Made by a program: the position numbers and the translations under genes. A stretch of DNA of 63,514 nucleotides, the filler included, from Octopus bimaculoides (taxonomy: Eukaryota): NCBI RefSeq assembly GCF_001194135.2. It is 7 parts of 7 records of this genome, joined end to end, with 100 filler letters (N's around TTAATTAATTAA, not from the genome) between each part and the next. Parts side by side here need not be neighbours in the genome. Positions count along the whole stretch, not along the records: positions 23,748 to 48,246 come from NC_068985.1; positions 48,347 to 51,195 come from NW_026422680.1; 5 more parts are not named here. One strand, written 5' to 3'. Below are positions 37,840 through 50,410 of the stretch, piece by piece. The notes below the pieces were generated by a model that worked only from the letters and a program-made list of their open reading frames with translations, did not search any database and was not told where the DNA came from. Within the stretch, counting starts at the first letter, position 1, and every line of letters begins with the position of its first letter.

Positions 37840-38460
37840 TTCTAAGACAGATATTTACAAAAATATATGCGCACAGATAAAGACTACTTAGGGTGTACAA
37901 TGTATATGCGCCGAGATACAGGAGTTGGAATCTCACAGAGAATGAGGGTAGGACGGAAAGCATTTAACTCGATGAAGGATGTGCTCCAAACAAAGCTAGA
38001 TAAGAGGCCATACGTGCTAGAATTTTGAGTCGCATTGTCTTGCCTGCACTTTTATGTGCGTGTGAGACGTGGGCTACTGCGAAGAAGATAGAACATCGAT
38101 TGGCCACGGTGTAAAAGCCCACGAAGAAATCCATGCTAGGAATAACATTAAGAGAACATATTCCAAATAATATAATTCGAGAATGGAGCGGAGTGAACAA
38201 TGTGATCGCAGAGTATCGAAAACACAAATTTCACTGGGATTGGCATGCGGTGATCTTCACAGAAAACATGTGGAGCCGTGCAGTTGCCGAGTGGTAACCA
38301 AGAAATCGGAAGTAACCATTTGGAAGATCTCCACGACGATAGGAAGGCGATTTAGTTAAGCAATTAGGGTCAAGATGGAAAACAATGGGGCAATCAAGAC
38401 TGAAATGGAAGCGTATTGTGACCAGCAATGTTTAACAACATTTGATGGATTGGTCGATAC
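37840..38460 (+). mobile_element. RTE-1-type LINE 3' fragment
   Basis: RIVLPALLCACETWAT, KSMLGITLREHIPNNIIREWSGV, KFHWDWHA and WSRAVAEW.PR..K.P.GRSPRR. Confidence 0.85.
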
Positions 38461-38467
38461 TGGGATT

Positions 38468-38642
38468 CTTTTAATTGTTTCAGTCATTTGACTGCGGCCA
38501 TGCTGGAGCACCGCTTTTAGTCGAACAAATCGACCCCAGGACTATAGTAGAAGACACTTGCCCAAGGTGCCACGTAGTGGGACTGAACCCGGAACCATCT
38601 GGTTGGAAAGCAAGCATCTTACCACGCAGTCGCTCCTGCGCT
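38468..38642 (-). mobile_element. SINE family A, head fused directly to tail
   Basis: The junction cgaccccaggactatagtagaag joins the tail and head halves. Confidence 0.88.
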
Positions 38643-39001
38643 TATGAGGAGCTTCCGCACGCTCATCGCCAATACAATTTCACTCACATGTTTTGGGTCA
38701 ACTAAAGAGTAGGCCAGAAGACATTTACCCGAAGTGCTGCACCGTTGGATTGAACTTGAAACCACCAGGCTGGAAAGGAGACATTTAACAGGGACCGGCA
38801 GGAGATCCTCTATACAGGGACTTGATCTGGCAGAAATACCAACCAGGTTTCTCTTAAATTACATTTTACAATTTTAGTCTTAAAACGTGAAAGGATACAT
38901 TACATAATGTAATCTGTGATACATTGTGGTTATGGGTGTGTATGCGAACATATATGAGCCCTGGTTAATACGTCTGTGTGTGTGTGTGCCTGTCTATTAG
39001 T

Positions 39002-39051
<50 letters not shown>

Positions 39052-39356
39052 GCTTGTCTGTACGTCTGTCTGTTTGTCTGTCTGCCTGCCTTCCTGCCTT
39101 TCTGTCTATCCGTCCGTCCGTCTGTCTGTCTGAGTGTCTGTATGCCGGTCCATCTCTCTGTTTCTCTGTCTCTGTCTGTCTGCCTGTCTGTCATTCGGTC
39201 TGTCTTTCTGTCTGTCTGATTGTCTGTCATTCGGTCTGTCTTTCTGTCTGTATGTCGGACCATCTCTCTGTCTCTCTGTCTCTGTCTGTCTGTCTGTCTG
39301 TCTGTCTGCCTGTCTGTCTGTCTGTCTGCCTCTCTCTCCCCCCCTCTCTCTCCCCC

Positions 39357-39409
<53 letters not shown>

Positions 39410-42400
39410 NNNNNNNNNNNNNNNNNNNNNNNNNNNNNNNNNNNNNNNNNNNNNNNNNNNNNNNNNNNNNNNNNNNNNNNNNNNNNNNNNNNNNNNNNNN
39501 NNNNNNNNNNNNNNNNNNNNNNNNNNNNNNNNNNNNNNNNNNNNNNNNNNNNNNNNNNNNNNNNNNNNNNNNNNNNNNNNNNNNNNNNNNNNNNNNNNNN
39601 NNNNNNNNNNNNNNNNNNNNNNNNNNNNNNNNNNNNNNNNNNNNNNNNNNNNNNNNNNNNNNNNNNNNNNNNNNNNNNNNNNNNNNNNNNNNNNNNNNNN
39701 NNNNNNNNNNNNNNNNNNNNNNNNNNNNNNNNNNNNNNNNNNNNNNNNNNNNNNNNNNNNNNNNNNNNNNNNNNNNNNNNNNNNNNNNNNNNNNNNNNNN
39801 NNNNNNNNNNNNNNNNNNNNNNNNNNNNNNNNNNNNNNNNNNNNNNNNNNNNNNNNNNNNNNNNNNNNNNNNNNNNNNNNNNNNNNNNNNNNNNNNNNNN
39901 NNNNNNNNNNNNNNNNNNNNNNNNNNNNNNNNNNNNNNNNNNNNNNNNNNNNNNNNNNNNNNNNNNNNNNNNNNNNNNNNNNNNNNNNNNNNNNNNNNNN
40001 NNNNNNNNNNNNNNNNNNNNNNNNNNNNNNNNNNNNNNNNNNNNNNNNNNNNNNNNNNNNNNNNNNNNNNNNNNNNNNNNATTTAAATTACAACAAATGA
40101 GAGTTTGAATGCTGGAGGAAAAAATACGAGGAGAAAATATTTCAACGCTGTTTATATTTTTACTTTCCCCGATATTTTTCTTAAATTTTATTAATATACA
40201 ACTCACAGCGAAAAGAAATTAAATTTATGACATAACATAGAAACATATGCAGCACACAAAAAAATAATATTATTTCCCTCTGTTGTCATATTTACTTGTT
40301 TGTTACGACTAAATCAGAAGAGGAAGGGCAGTACACTTCGCCTTTTGCAGCGTCTACGTGATTGATGGCAGAAAGGGAAGAAACCTGGGTTCAAGGAGTT
40401 ATTCTAAAACCGGAGACATGTTCCGATACTTGTAACGAATTGGATCCCCTAAGTGCAACGACAAGATGATAACATAATAACAACAGATGATTTATCTTAT
40501 CTGCCGTTGCTATTCCCACTTTGTCACGTGACAAAGTGTGTCACCTGCTCGGTGTGTCGGCTGATCATTCAACAAGATCGCAGAAGCGTTCCATTGTGAA
40601 ATAGTATTCTTTTTTAATGTGTTTCTCTTTCACCACAGCAGCTCTTTCACCATATTCACGTTTCTTCCTTTCTACTGACTTTTCCGGTTTCTTAATCCCT
40701 AGAGAGAAATCTATCTATCTATCTATCTATCTGTCTATCTATCTATTCATTCTATTCATTTATATCCGCCTGTCTGTCCGTCGTCTGTCTGTCTGTCTAC
40801 ATACATACATACATACATACATACATACATGAATACACACGTACACAAACATGCATACTCATTCACATATGAGTATATAAACACTCACGTGTATGCGACT
40901 TTGAATAACATTAACTTTTTGATTGTCTATATTTTTGTATTACTTCTTTATCATTTGTATATATATATATATATATATNNNNNNNNNNNNNNNNNNNNNN
41001 NNNNNNNNNNNNNNNNNNNNNNNNNNNNNNNNNNNNNNNNNNNNNNNNNNNNNNNNNNNNNNNNNNNNNNNNNNNNNNNNNNNNNNNNNNNNNNNNNNNN
41101 NNNNNNNNNNNNNNNNNNNNNNNNNNNNNNNNNNNNNNNNNNNNNNNNNNNNNNNNNNNNNNNNNNNNNNNNNNNNNNNNNNNNNNNNNNNNNNNNNNNN
41201 NNNNNNNNNNNNNNNNNNNNNNNNNNNNNNNNNNNNNNNNNNNNNNNNNNNNNNNNNNNNNNNNNNNNNNNNNNNNNNNNNNNNNNNNNNNNNNNNNNNN
41301 NNNNNNNNNNNNNNNNNNNNNNNNNNNNNNNNNNNNNNNNNNNNNNNNNNNNNNNNNNNNNNNNNNNNNNNNNNNNNNNNNNNNNNNNNNNNNNNNNNNN
41401 NNNNNNNNNNNNNNNNNNNNNNNNNNNNNNNNNNNNNNNNNNNNNNNNNNNNNNNNNNNNNNNNNNNNNNNNNNNNNNNNNNNNNNNNNNNNNNNNNNNN
41501 NNNNNNNNNNNNNNNNNNNNNNNNNNNNNNNNNNNNNNNNNNNNNNNNNNNNNNNNNNNNNNNNNNNNNNNNNNNNNNNNNNNNNNNNNNNNNNNNNNNN
41601 NNNNNNNNNNNNNNNNNNNNNNNNNNNNNNNNNNNNNNNNNNNNNNNNNNNNNNNNNNNNNNNNNNNNNNNNNNNNNNNNNNNNNNNNNNNNNNNNNNNN
41701 NNNNNNNNNNNNNNNNNNNNNNNNNNNNNNNNNNNNNNNNNNNNNNNNNNNNNNNNNNNNNNNNNNNNNNNNNNNNNNNNNNNNNNNNNNNNNNNNNNNN
41801 NNNNNNNNNNNNNNNNNNNNNNNNNNNNNNNNNNNNNNTCTTGTTATGAAGTGTTTCAAACTTTCGGTTGAATGTGAAAAGAGGTTTTAGGTTTAAGAAT
41901 TTATGAGCTCAAATCACGAATAAAACGAAACTCCTTTTGATGTGATCTTAAATGAAAATCCTTGCAGCTCGAGTTAATTCACTTATAGTCGTATAAAACT
42001 TTGATATCCAAATTTAATGGATTATCTACTCAAGAATTTTATAAATCTAATGTTGATATTTGAAAAATACCCACTTTGGAGTAATTATGCATTGAAAATT
42101 GAATCTCTGATTCCCACCACTTACCGATGTGAATAGTTTTCCTTAACATTAAATTCAGGTAAGAACCAAGAACCATTTGCTCACTAAACTTATCGATAAT
42201 AATCCTGCAAATCAATTAAGAACTGCTGCATCATCAGTCTTATCTAACATCTCATTAAGATGCAAGATAAGAAGGTTTATTAAATTTCAAACATTAAACT
42301 CAGTGAAATTCTTTGATGCTTCGATACGTAAAGCACCACAACTGGTGACTCAATGCATTATAACATTTTAATGACTGTTGCTAGGTGTAACTGCATGCAC

Positions 42401-42853
42401 TCATAGAATTTGTAAAATTAAAGTTTCCTTATTTTATTTAGCATAGATGTGCCCCTCGTGTTCCCATGTAATTACAATTTGCCCTTAGTACTAAAAAGAT
42501 TTCCCAACCCTCCTCTAGAACTATCTATATTTTGGTAGATTATAAGTGGGAGATAGATATTCTCCTTGTGAATATTAAAAGTTCCTTGGAGGGTGAATGC
42601 ACCGACGTATTGCAAAACAACAACAAAAAAAGGCGTTCTATTTCTGCGTTTGCAGCAGTAATTAATTAGTTTATATTAATTTTTAATAATGGGTAGAATA
42701 TATTCATCAAGGATATATTAATCGGAAGAGTTTTAAGAAAGTTTCTCTCCCCATTTTCTCTCTCTCACACACACCCGCGCGCGCTCTCTGCCTATCTACC
42801 TAGCTACCTAAATACACACACACATCTAAATGATAATAATGATAATAATGATG

Positions 42854-42889
<36 letters not shown>

Positions 42890-44015
42890 GTGGATGAGCC
42901 AATCTAACAACATCAAACGAGGCATCTTTCAAGGTGACTCCCTCTCCCCATTACTCTTTTGCATAGCACTGATCCCGCTCTCAAACGAACTGAATAACAC
43001 CGGACAGGGAAGAAAATACTTGCAGACTAAGAGATGTGTTTCCATTGATAAAAATATATCTGTAAAGAAATTTGACAAATAAAGTAATTTAGGAAAGCCG
43101 GCGTCATCAAAACTGAGAATTGTGTAATGAAAGAAAATTTAAGCAAGAAATGAACACACTAAAAAGAAAGAAAAGCATGGAAAGAAAAAAATGTATTGTC
43201 AGTTTGCCAGAGATGTGAACGCCAAAACAGATACAGAGGATCGGTGGCTTTGGATGAGGAGGAGTGACCCGAAGATAAAGACAGAAGCACTCATATGCGC
43301 AGCTCAGGAATAAGCGATAAGGACCAATTGTATGAAGTACAGAGTAGACAAGGCTACTGATAGCGACAAATGCAGAACGTGTGGTGAGAGGGGTGAAACG
43401 GTATGGCACATCGTTAGCGAATGCCCGAAATTGGCGTAACGCGAATACAAAAGACGCCATGACAATGTGGGAAGAGTGATCCATTGGGCGCTCTGTGGAA
43501 ATCGTGGCCTACAAAGAGCAAAGACATGGTATGAGAAAATCCCAGAAGGAATCACCGAAAATGAGAATTGCAAAATCCTGTGGGATGCAGTGGCCCAGTG
43601 CGATAACCCGACAAGACATCGGGTACCGGACATTGTTGTGGTGAATAAAAAAGAAAAAAAACATGCATAATAAACAACATAGAATGCTCCGGTGACGACA
43701 GAATCAATGTGAAAGAAGAAGAAAAAGAGAGAAATATAAAGGTTGGGCGTCAATGAAGAGAGTAGACGTGATACCAAGAGTAATTGGTGCACTTGGAAGT
43801 ATCAACACTCAACTACCAACATGGCTGAAAATGATCGGTGCAAAGTAGAACACCTAGAAAATTCAGAATTGCTTGGAACTGCAAGACTTCTTTGCTGGGT
43901 TCTTGAAGCATGACCAGTAAACAAGTGTCACCTCAGTCTTATGGCTGTGGACAGCTGACACTTTTCATCATGCCCAGCAATATAAGCTGTGAGTTTTCAT
44001 ATGATAATAATAATG
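42890..44015 (+). mobile_element. R4/Dong-like LINE, 5'-truncated and internally deleted, flanked by (TAA)n
   Basis: IKRGIFQGDSLSPLLFCIALIPL, then jumps to TEALICAAQE, CRTCGERGETVWHIVSEC (CCHC knuckle), RHDNVGRVIHW, KILWD and RVPDIVVVNK (RLE PD..D), followed by a 3' UTR and TAA tail. Confidence 0.92.
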
Positions 44016-44029
44016 ATTTCAAATTTTGG

Positions 44030-44222
44030 CACAAGGCGGGTGCGCTAATTGCTTAGAGGTATTTCGTTTGTACCTACGTTCTGAGTTCAAATTCCGCCGA
44101 GGTCGATTTTGCCTTTTATCCTTTCGGGGTCGATAAATTAAGTACCTGTTGCATACTGGGGCCGATCTAATCGACTGCTCACCACCAAAATTTCGAGCCT
44201 TGTGCCGAGAGTAGAAGAGAAT
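44030..44222 (+). mobile_element. SINE family B
   Basis: ctacgttctgagttcaaattccgccgaggtcgattttgcc...gagtagaaga. Confidence 0.88.
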
Positions 44223-45345
44223 ATCAAAATCAAGTGTAGCATTTTCGAAGGTGACTCACACCTCTTAATTTTTGCATAAGCCTAATATCCCTTACAAGTG
44301 AACGTAACAGAATAGGGTACGGTTAAAAAAAAAACGACAATAAGAAAATAAGTCATCTATCTTATATGGATGACTTAAAATTCTATGGCAAAAACGATAA
44401 TGAGCTTGAAGGCCAATTACACATTGTGAAAGCTTTCAGTAATGACATGGGGATGGAATTTAATCTTGGTAAATGTGCCAAGTCTACTTTCCGGTCAGGG
44501 AAATTGAAGGCCACAGATTCGATCATGTTTGATGTTGATGCAGTTATAAAATAAATTGAGCAAGAACAAACCGACAAATACCTCGGAATAAATGAAGGCT
44601 TTGACATTCATCATGCACGCATGAAAGGGAAGAACGGAAAGGAATGTTATTGGAGAGTTCTGGCAGTCTTGAAATCTGAGCTAAATGCACATAAGGTGTT
44701 AGCCATAAATTCTTAGCAAATGTATTGAACTGGAATATCAGTGAAGTAAAGAAAATTAACTGAAAAATACACAAGCTGATGAGTTGTTATAAGATGCGCC
44801 ACCCAAAGGCAGATGTAGATCGTCTTTACCTTCCCAGAGTCAAAGGTAGTCGAGGCTTGAACCAGTTTTAACTCTCTTACAAAACCACCACAATTGGACT
44901 GGTCAAATATATTGATACAACAAACGACTGGTGGTTAAAACACGTTGAAAATCACGGGAGTCGTAAGAGGCTTCATTCCGTCGTAAAGCAGAGAAAAAAT
45001 TTTGATCTCATGGATTATACCCAGGTTGAACAAACTGAGGAAAGTGCGGCAATTGTTGTTGCAAAGATGGTGAAATTAATGACAAAGAAAAACAGCGCAC
45101 GAATATTTGGCCGATAGGTGGGAGCAAAAACCTCTGTACGGCAAATGTTTGACCCGTAGCAAACAAGCGGATGTGAACTAGAAGCACACCCACCAGTGAC
45201 TACAGAGCTCAGAATTGAGGCCAGAGAGCAAAGGCTTCATCTTAGCTGCTCAAGATCAAAGTTAACTGACCCGGAACTGCCAAACCAATGCGAGGAAAAA
45301 TGAAATAGAGCCAAAATGCCGATTCTGCAATGACTTCATTTCATT
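44223..45345 (+). mobile_element. R4/Dong-like LINE RT-thumb fragment
   Basis: ISHLSYMDDLKFYGKND, GMEFNLGKCAK, YLGI, HPKADVDRLYLPR and AQDQS...KCRFC. Confidence 0.9.
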
Positions 45346-45707
45346 TTGAAAACGAACAGCCTGATGTGTTTAGCCTAATGGCTAATCAATGTATACAGTA
45401 AGTTTGTTTGCCCTAGAAGTCGCGAAGACACACAGCAAGAATTGGAGGCAAAACTGAAAGGAGACAGACTCATAATAACAATAATGATGGCTCTAAACCT
45501 GAAAGTATATTTCAAATATTGAATTTGTTGTTTTTTTTATCTCTTCTCTCCACATGTCCTCTTTCCCAGGCATTTTTCTTTCCTATTTTCGTCAAGTGGA
45601 CAGCTGTCATCTTTTAAAGAGATTGCTTTTATTTAATCGACAATATCTGTTCGACTGCTGTTTTTATTCTTAAGTTCAAACAATATTCATTTGTTTCATC
45701 ATTTTCA

Positions 45708-45979
45708 CCGTTTGCTGAAAAGTTCCCGGCTTTAAAGGTGAAGCGAAAGACGTGGTTGGAGGTTGAACTCATGAGTTCTTTTCGGGGGGCTTAGAAAAAC
45801 TGAAGGACCGTTGCAATAAGTGCGTGAATCTGAGAAGGGAATATTCTTTAAATTCTTTAAATTGTTTCAGCTTTAAAGCTGTGGTCATGCTAGTATTGAA
45901 TAAAATCATAACTAACTGACCCTCCTGTATTTTCTTATTTTCTTTTAATCAAAACCAGGAACTTTTCAGCACCCCCTCG
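45708..45979 (+). mobile_element. Non-autonomous mariner derivative
   Basis: Left gctgaaaagttcccggcttt, right ccaggaacttttcagcaccccctcg|TA, internal GLEKLKDRCNKCVNLRREY. Confidence 0.75.
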
Positions 45980-45999
45980 TATTAATTATTCACTCTCTC

Positions 46000-46075
46000 A
46001 GGAGTGGCTGTGTGGTAAGTAGCTTGCTTACCAACCACATGGTTCCGGATTCAGCACCACTACGTGGCACCAGAG
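46000..46075 (+). mobile_element. SINE family A head, truncated by the adjacent insertion
   Basis: caggagtggctgtgtggtaagtagcttgcttaccaaccacatggttccggattcagcaccactacgtggcacc. Confidence 0.85.
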
Positions 46076-46310
46076 TAAGCACATAAATGCAAAACAAGGT
46101 GGAAAAAAGTACTCGAATACCAGAGGTAGAGTAATATGCTTTATTAAAAAGCAACAAAAATATCACAAAAACTGTTACTCAGTGTTTCATGTTCCCGTTC
46201 GTCGGACAGTTTTGTTTAGATTCTAAACAAAACACCGACCAAATCTCTCCCTACTCCTCATACGAAGATTCCAGCTTTATCTCCTGAGTGAACAAAGACA
46301 ATAATCCCCC
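46076..46310 (-). mobile_element. Penelope-like terminal fragment
   Basis: Carries a hammerhead-like motif followed by a T-rich segment with aataaa on the minus strand. It runs into an N gap. Confidence 0.5.
46168..46213 (-). ncRNA. Minimal type I hammerhead-ribozyme-like motif (variant core)
   Basis: aaaactgt-CCGACGA-acgggaacat-GAAA-cactgag-UA-acagtttt, with a perfect 8-bp stem I. Confidence 0.5.
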
Positions 46311-46862
46311 NNNNNNNNNNNNNNNNNNNNNNNNNNNNNNNNNNNNNNNNNNNNNNNNNNNNNNNNNNNNNNNNNNNNNNNNNNNNNNNNNNNNNNNNNN
46401 NNNNNNNNNNNNNNNNNNNNNNNNNNNNNNNNNNNNNNNNNNNNNNNNNNNNNNNNNNNNNNNNNNNNNNNNNNNNNNNNNNNNNNNNNNNNNNNNNNNN
46501 NNNNNNNNNNNNNNNNNNNNNNNNNNNNNNNNNNNNNNNNNNNNNNNNNNNNNNNNNNNNNNNNNNNNNNNNNNNNNNNNNNNNNNNNNNNNNNNNNNNN
46601 NNNNNNNNNNNNNNNNNNNNNNNNNNNNNNNNNNNNNNNNNNNNNNNNNNNNNNNNNNNNNNNNNNNNNNNNNNNNNNNNNNNNNNNNNNNNNNNNNNNN
46701 NNNNNNNNNNNNNNNNNNNNNNNNNNNNNNNNNNNNNNNNNNNNNNNNNNNNNNNNNNNNNNNNNNNNNNNNNNNNNNNNNNNNNNNNNNNNNNNNNNNN
46801 NNNNNNNNNNNNNNNNNNNNNNNNNNNNNNNNNNNNNNNNNNNNNTATATATATATATATTT

Positions 46863-46893
<31 letters not shown>

Positions 46894-46904
46894 TAGATAT
46901 AGAT

Positions 46905-47065
46905 ACGACGGGCTTCTTTCAGTTTCCGTCTACCAAATTAACGACAAGTCTTTGGCCCGTCTGAGGCTATAGTAGAAGACACTTGCTCAAGGTGTCACGA
47001 AGTGGGACTGAACCCGGAGCCATGTGGTTGGGAAGCAAACCTCTTACCACACAACCACGCTTGTG
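46905..47065 (-). mobile_element. SINE family A, 5' half
   Basis: gacgggcttctttcagtttccgtctaccaaat...gctatagtagaagacacttgc...gggactgaacccgg...cttaccacacaaccacgc. Confidence 0.9.
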
Positions 47066-47241
47066 TCTATACTACGGGTTTGATGTAGTTGTTTTACCCT
47101 GGTGATTGCAATAGCAACTGTTATTGTACTTCAGGAGATTTCCCCTTTGTAAACCTTATCACAATTAATTTGGTTTCGAACCGCACCCGCATTCAACCAA
47201 CTCGTTGTTTTGATATTTCATCATATTCTGAAGTCTCCAGC

Positions 47242-47420
47242 TTAACCCTTTAGTGTTCAGATTACTCTGTCAAATATAATCCTAGTTTATTCACAATGTG
47301 TTGAATTAATTATAGTTTATCCTGTAGCTTCGAGATTTCGATGAGATGATTGTTTATTGAAGGACATTGTAGGGTAGGATTGAGAAGCCATCGCTAGCCG
47401 ATTTGAACATGAAACCGATA
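47242..47420 (+). mobile_element. piggyBac-like MITE left end
   Basis: Starts TTAA|CCCTTTAG. No matching right end was seen. Confidence 0.55.
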
Positions 47421-48009
47421 ACCAAGATTATTGCCAACTAAAAGACGCTAAAGAGAAGTAGATTTATCTCAATCAAATGCGAATCTAGAAGAATCGAATG
47501 CGACGTTTATACACAGAGGGAAAATACAGAAGGAGAAAAGAAGCAAGACACGTGACAGTGTTCTTTAATATAATAATATCGTGTGTCAGGTGTTGCGACG
47601 CCATATGTTATCAAATTGATTTTCAAATTTCGTAATTCTTCGTTATTCGGATAAATATTGTTATGTCTTGAGCTTTTTCTTAAAAGTCATGCTTTCTGAA
47701 CGCCCGTTCCTTCCCCCGCCACCTGCTTCTTCAGCTTATATTATGCTGCGTTGATGTTGTTACCGCTGCAAAGTGACATAGCATGTCACCCGCTGCCTTC
47801 TATTGAGTTATAATGAATTTCAGTCGACAGATAACGAGGGGAAGGTCCCGCACTGCCATCATTATGGAGATTATAATTAAATACACATATCACACACCTA
47901 ACACACACACATGCAAATACATACACGCACCTGTATACATACGTACATACAGACAGAAGTATCTACCTATGCATGTATGTATGTATGTATGTATGTATGT
48001 ATGTATGTA

Positions 48010-48211
48010 TGTATGTTAAAAGACATGTTAAGATCCACAATGAGCAGAACTTACCTGCAGGTATTGGTAGTTCAAATCAGAGGTGCAATCTGTGTGGGTG
48101 TTTTTTCAGAACATTGTTTGGTTTAAAAAGCCACATCAGACGCCATGAAAGGGCTAAGGTGTAGGTGCAGGAGGTGGTCAAACTCTGTGTAAGGAGTAGA
48201 CAACCACCATG

Positions 48212-48215
<4 letters not shown>
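48010..48215 (+). mobile_element. RTE LINE extreme 3' end (same family as 12139-14520)
   Basis: KRHVKIH...RCNLCGCFFRTLFGLKSHIRRH*. It shares aaaagacatgttaaga with the 12246 region. Confidence 0.8.
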
Positions 48216-48246
<31 letters not shown>

Positions 48247-50284
48247 NNNNNNNNNNNNNNNNNNNNNNNNNNNNNNNNNNNNNNNNNNNNTTAATTAATT
48301 AANNNNNNNNNNNNNNNNNNNNNNNNNNNNNNNNNNNNNNNNNNNNAACAATTTTGACTTCACTCGAAAATTAATATCCAAAGGTAATAAAGAAGATCAA
48401 ATCTAACTCCATTGATTGTGGTCGCTCTATCATCATTTATGAATGATAACTGAGAAAACTAAGAGCTAATCGTATTTCACAGGAATGTCTATATATATAT
48501 ATTTAAACATTCAAACATTATAGTTAATGTTTCTAATATGTGTTATGAGTGTTCCCATTATCGGACTTTTCTTACTAGGGTGTGGGAATCAAACAGATTT
48601 TCGCTTCCCTTTCTAATTTCCCCTAATTTGAAGGCGGATTTTAAAATTCAGAACAAAGTCGTAATTTTTTAAATAATTGTTTCGTTTTAAACATCTCAAT
48701 ATTTTATATTACTAAAATTTGATTCACCATATAAAGAGATATCAAAGAAACATCTGAACATCTCAAATAGAAACAAATACGTTATATTTTGATTCAAATA
48801 CAATAAATGTTTACACAAAACTAATTAAAACATAAATGCTACAAATAAAATGAAAGAATTAAGAAATACTATTGACTTTTTAAAATCGATTCAGATAAAG
48901 GAAGAGTACTTCAGAAAATTATAACATTGTTTTAATCTCAGTAGAAAAATAGAATTTCTTATTTTCCGTCCTGAATATATTTAGGAAAGAAATAAAAAAG
49001 AAACCTCGGTGTCAAGACTAATTATGGATGGGGACGCTGTATATGGCAATGTATGTATGTATGTATGTATGTATGTGTGTATGTAAATGCCGGGTGGGCG
49101 TCCTGCGTGTTGAAAGACCTCTTCTACTGAGGTACCCTCAAATTGCGTTAAAGCATGTCTCTGCGAGAACGCCACACTGATATAAAACTGGATATGTAGG
49201 GAATGGTATTGAACATTTTGGTGATCATTTGCTTGCACTTGAGATCATGGTGAACTCACACCGGTGAACGTTCGACCCTTACTGATACAAGATATCTTGT
49301 GTCGGCTGCACCCTATTGAAATGATCTGTGGATCAATCCAATACAATAGACCGGGTCTATGTGGTGTTGTGCAAGCCTTATTGGACGTAAAATTGTGTAC
49401 AGGCATTGCTGACTATTTTGCTTGAATATTCCTGTTTAATATTATCTTTTTAATTTTAGCTCTATACTTTTTAAGTGTACAACTTATTTTTTTCTTTCAA
49501 ACGTCCTGCGGCGATGGGAAGGTGGCGAAGCATGCAAATCTGACGAGATGGAAGCATGTATTTAGTGGTATATACACGAGTGTCCTATGGGATTTTGGTA
49601 GCATGTGTGCTTAAGCAGTTGAATTCAGGGAAAACCCTGCTTACCTAGAGACCGGAGACAATGCTATATAACTAAATGGATGGGGAGATATCAACTGGAT
49701 ATCCTCTGGTCACATTTGTGTACTTCGGTCAGTATGCTTATCCGATACAAGCTTTACTCAATCAGGAAACATTGGCTAGTGACGCAGATATGTTTATTAT
49801 GTATTCCATCAAACACCTGGAAATAGCTGCCAAATTTGTTTCAAATCACACACCCTTATTTTAGACAATGGAGGACATGGTTGCTAATGTTGGAATAAAA
49901 TATTTGATTGCAATAGTTGGAATGCCTTTGTGCAAAATTATCATCGCTCAGGGCAAACAACAACGTCGACAACAACACTCTAAGTAAAACACACAAAAAA
50001 AAGAGAACAAGAATATGTGCCTAATATCGGCCTCGTTCTCAGATTTTGTATCACCGCATCAAAGAACACAATTTTCAGCGTTAGACTTTCTATCATTACA
50101 TGATACAACGCCATATCGTTAGCTAACAAGAAACATCTCTTAGGAGTGACGCTCAGATCTTTTCTGGGATCCATGAAAATTCAGTGGGTGTTGCTTCTGG
50201 AAAACGCTTAGTAGATAAGAATGATTTCTGGAATGTTGTCACGCCTACATATGACATGTACCATGATTAATAATATAATTGGTG

Positions 50285-50410
50285 ACCAAGGTGTATGACC
50301 GCGTTGTTAATGGTGCTGCATTCGCGATAACGAGATCGCGGTTTCAACTCCTGGAACAGGAGTTGTATTGTGTTCTTAAGCAAAACACTTCATCTTATAT
50401 TGATTTGCGA
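50285..50410 (+). mobile_element. SINE family D, degenerate head
   Basis: gcggtttcaactcctgga...gttgtattgtgttcttaagcaaaacacttcat. Confidence 0.55.

Noticed and set aside
40340-40440. Short frame VYVIDGRKGRNLGSRSYSKTG after ttttgcag
   Set aside because: No canonical donor, and too short to assign.
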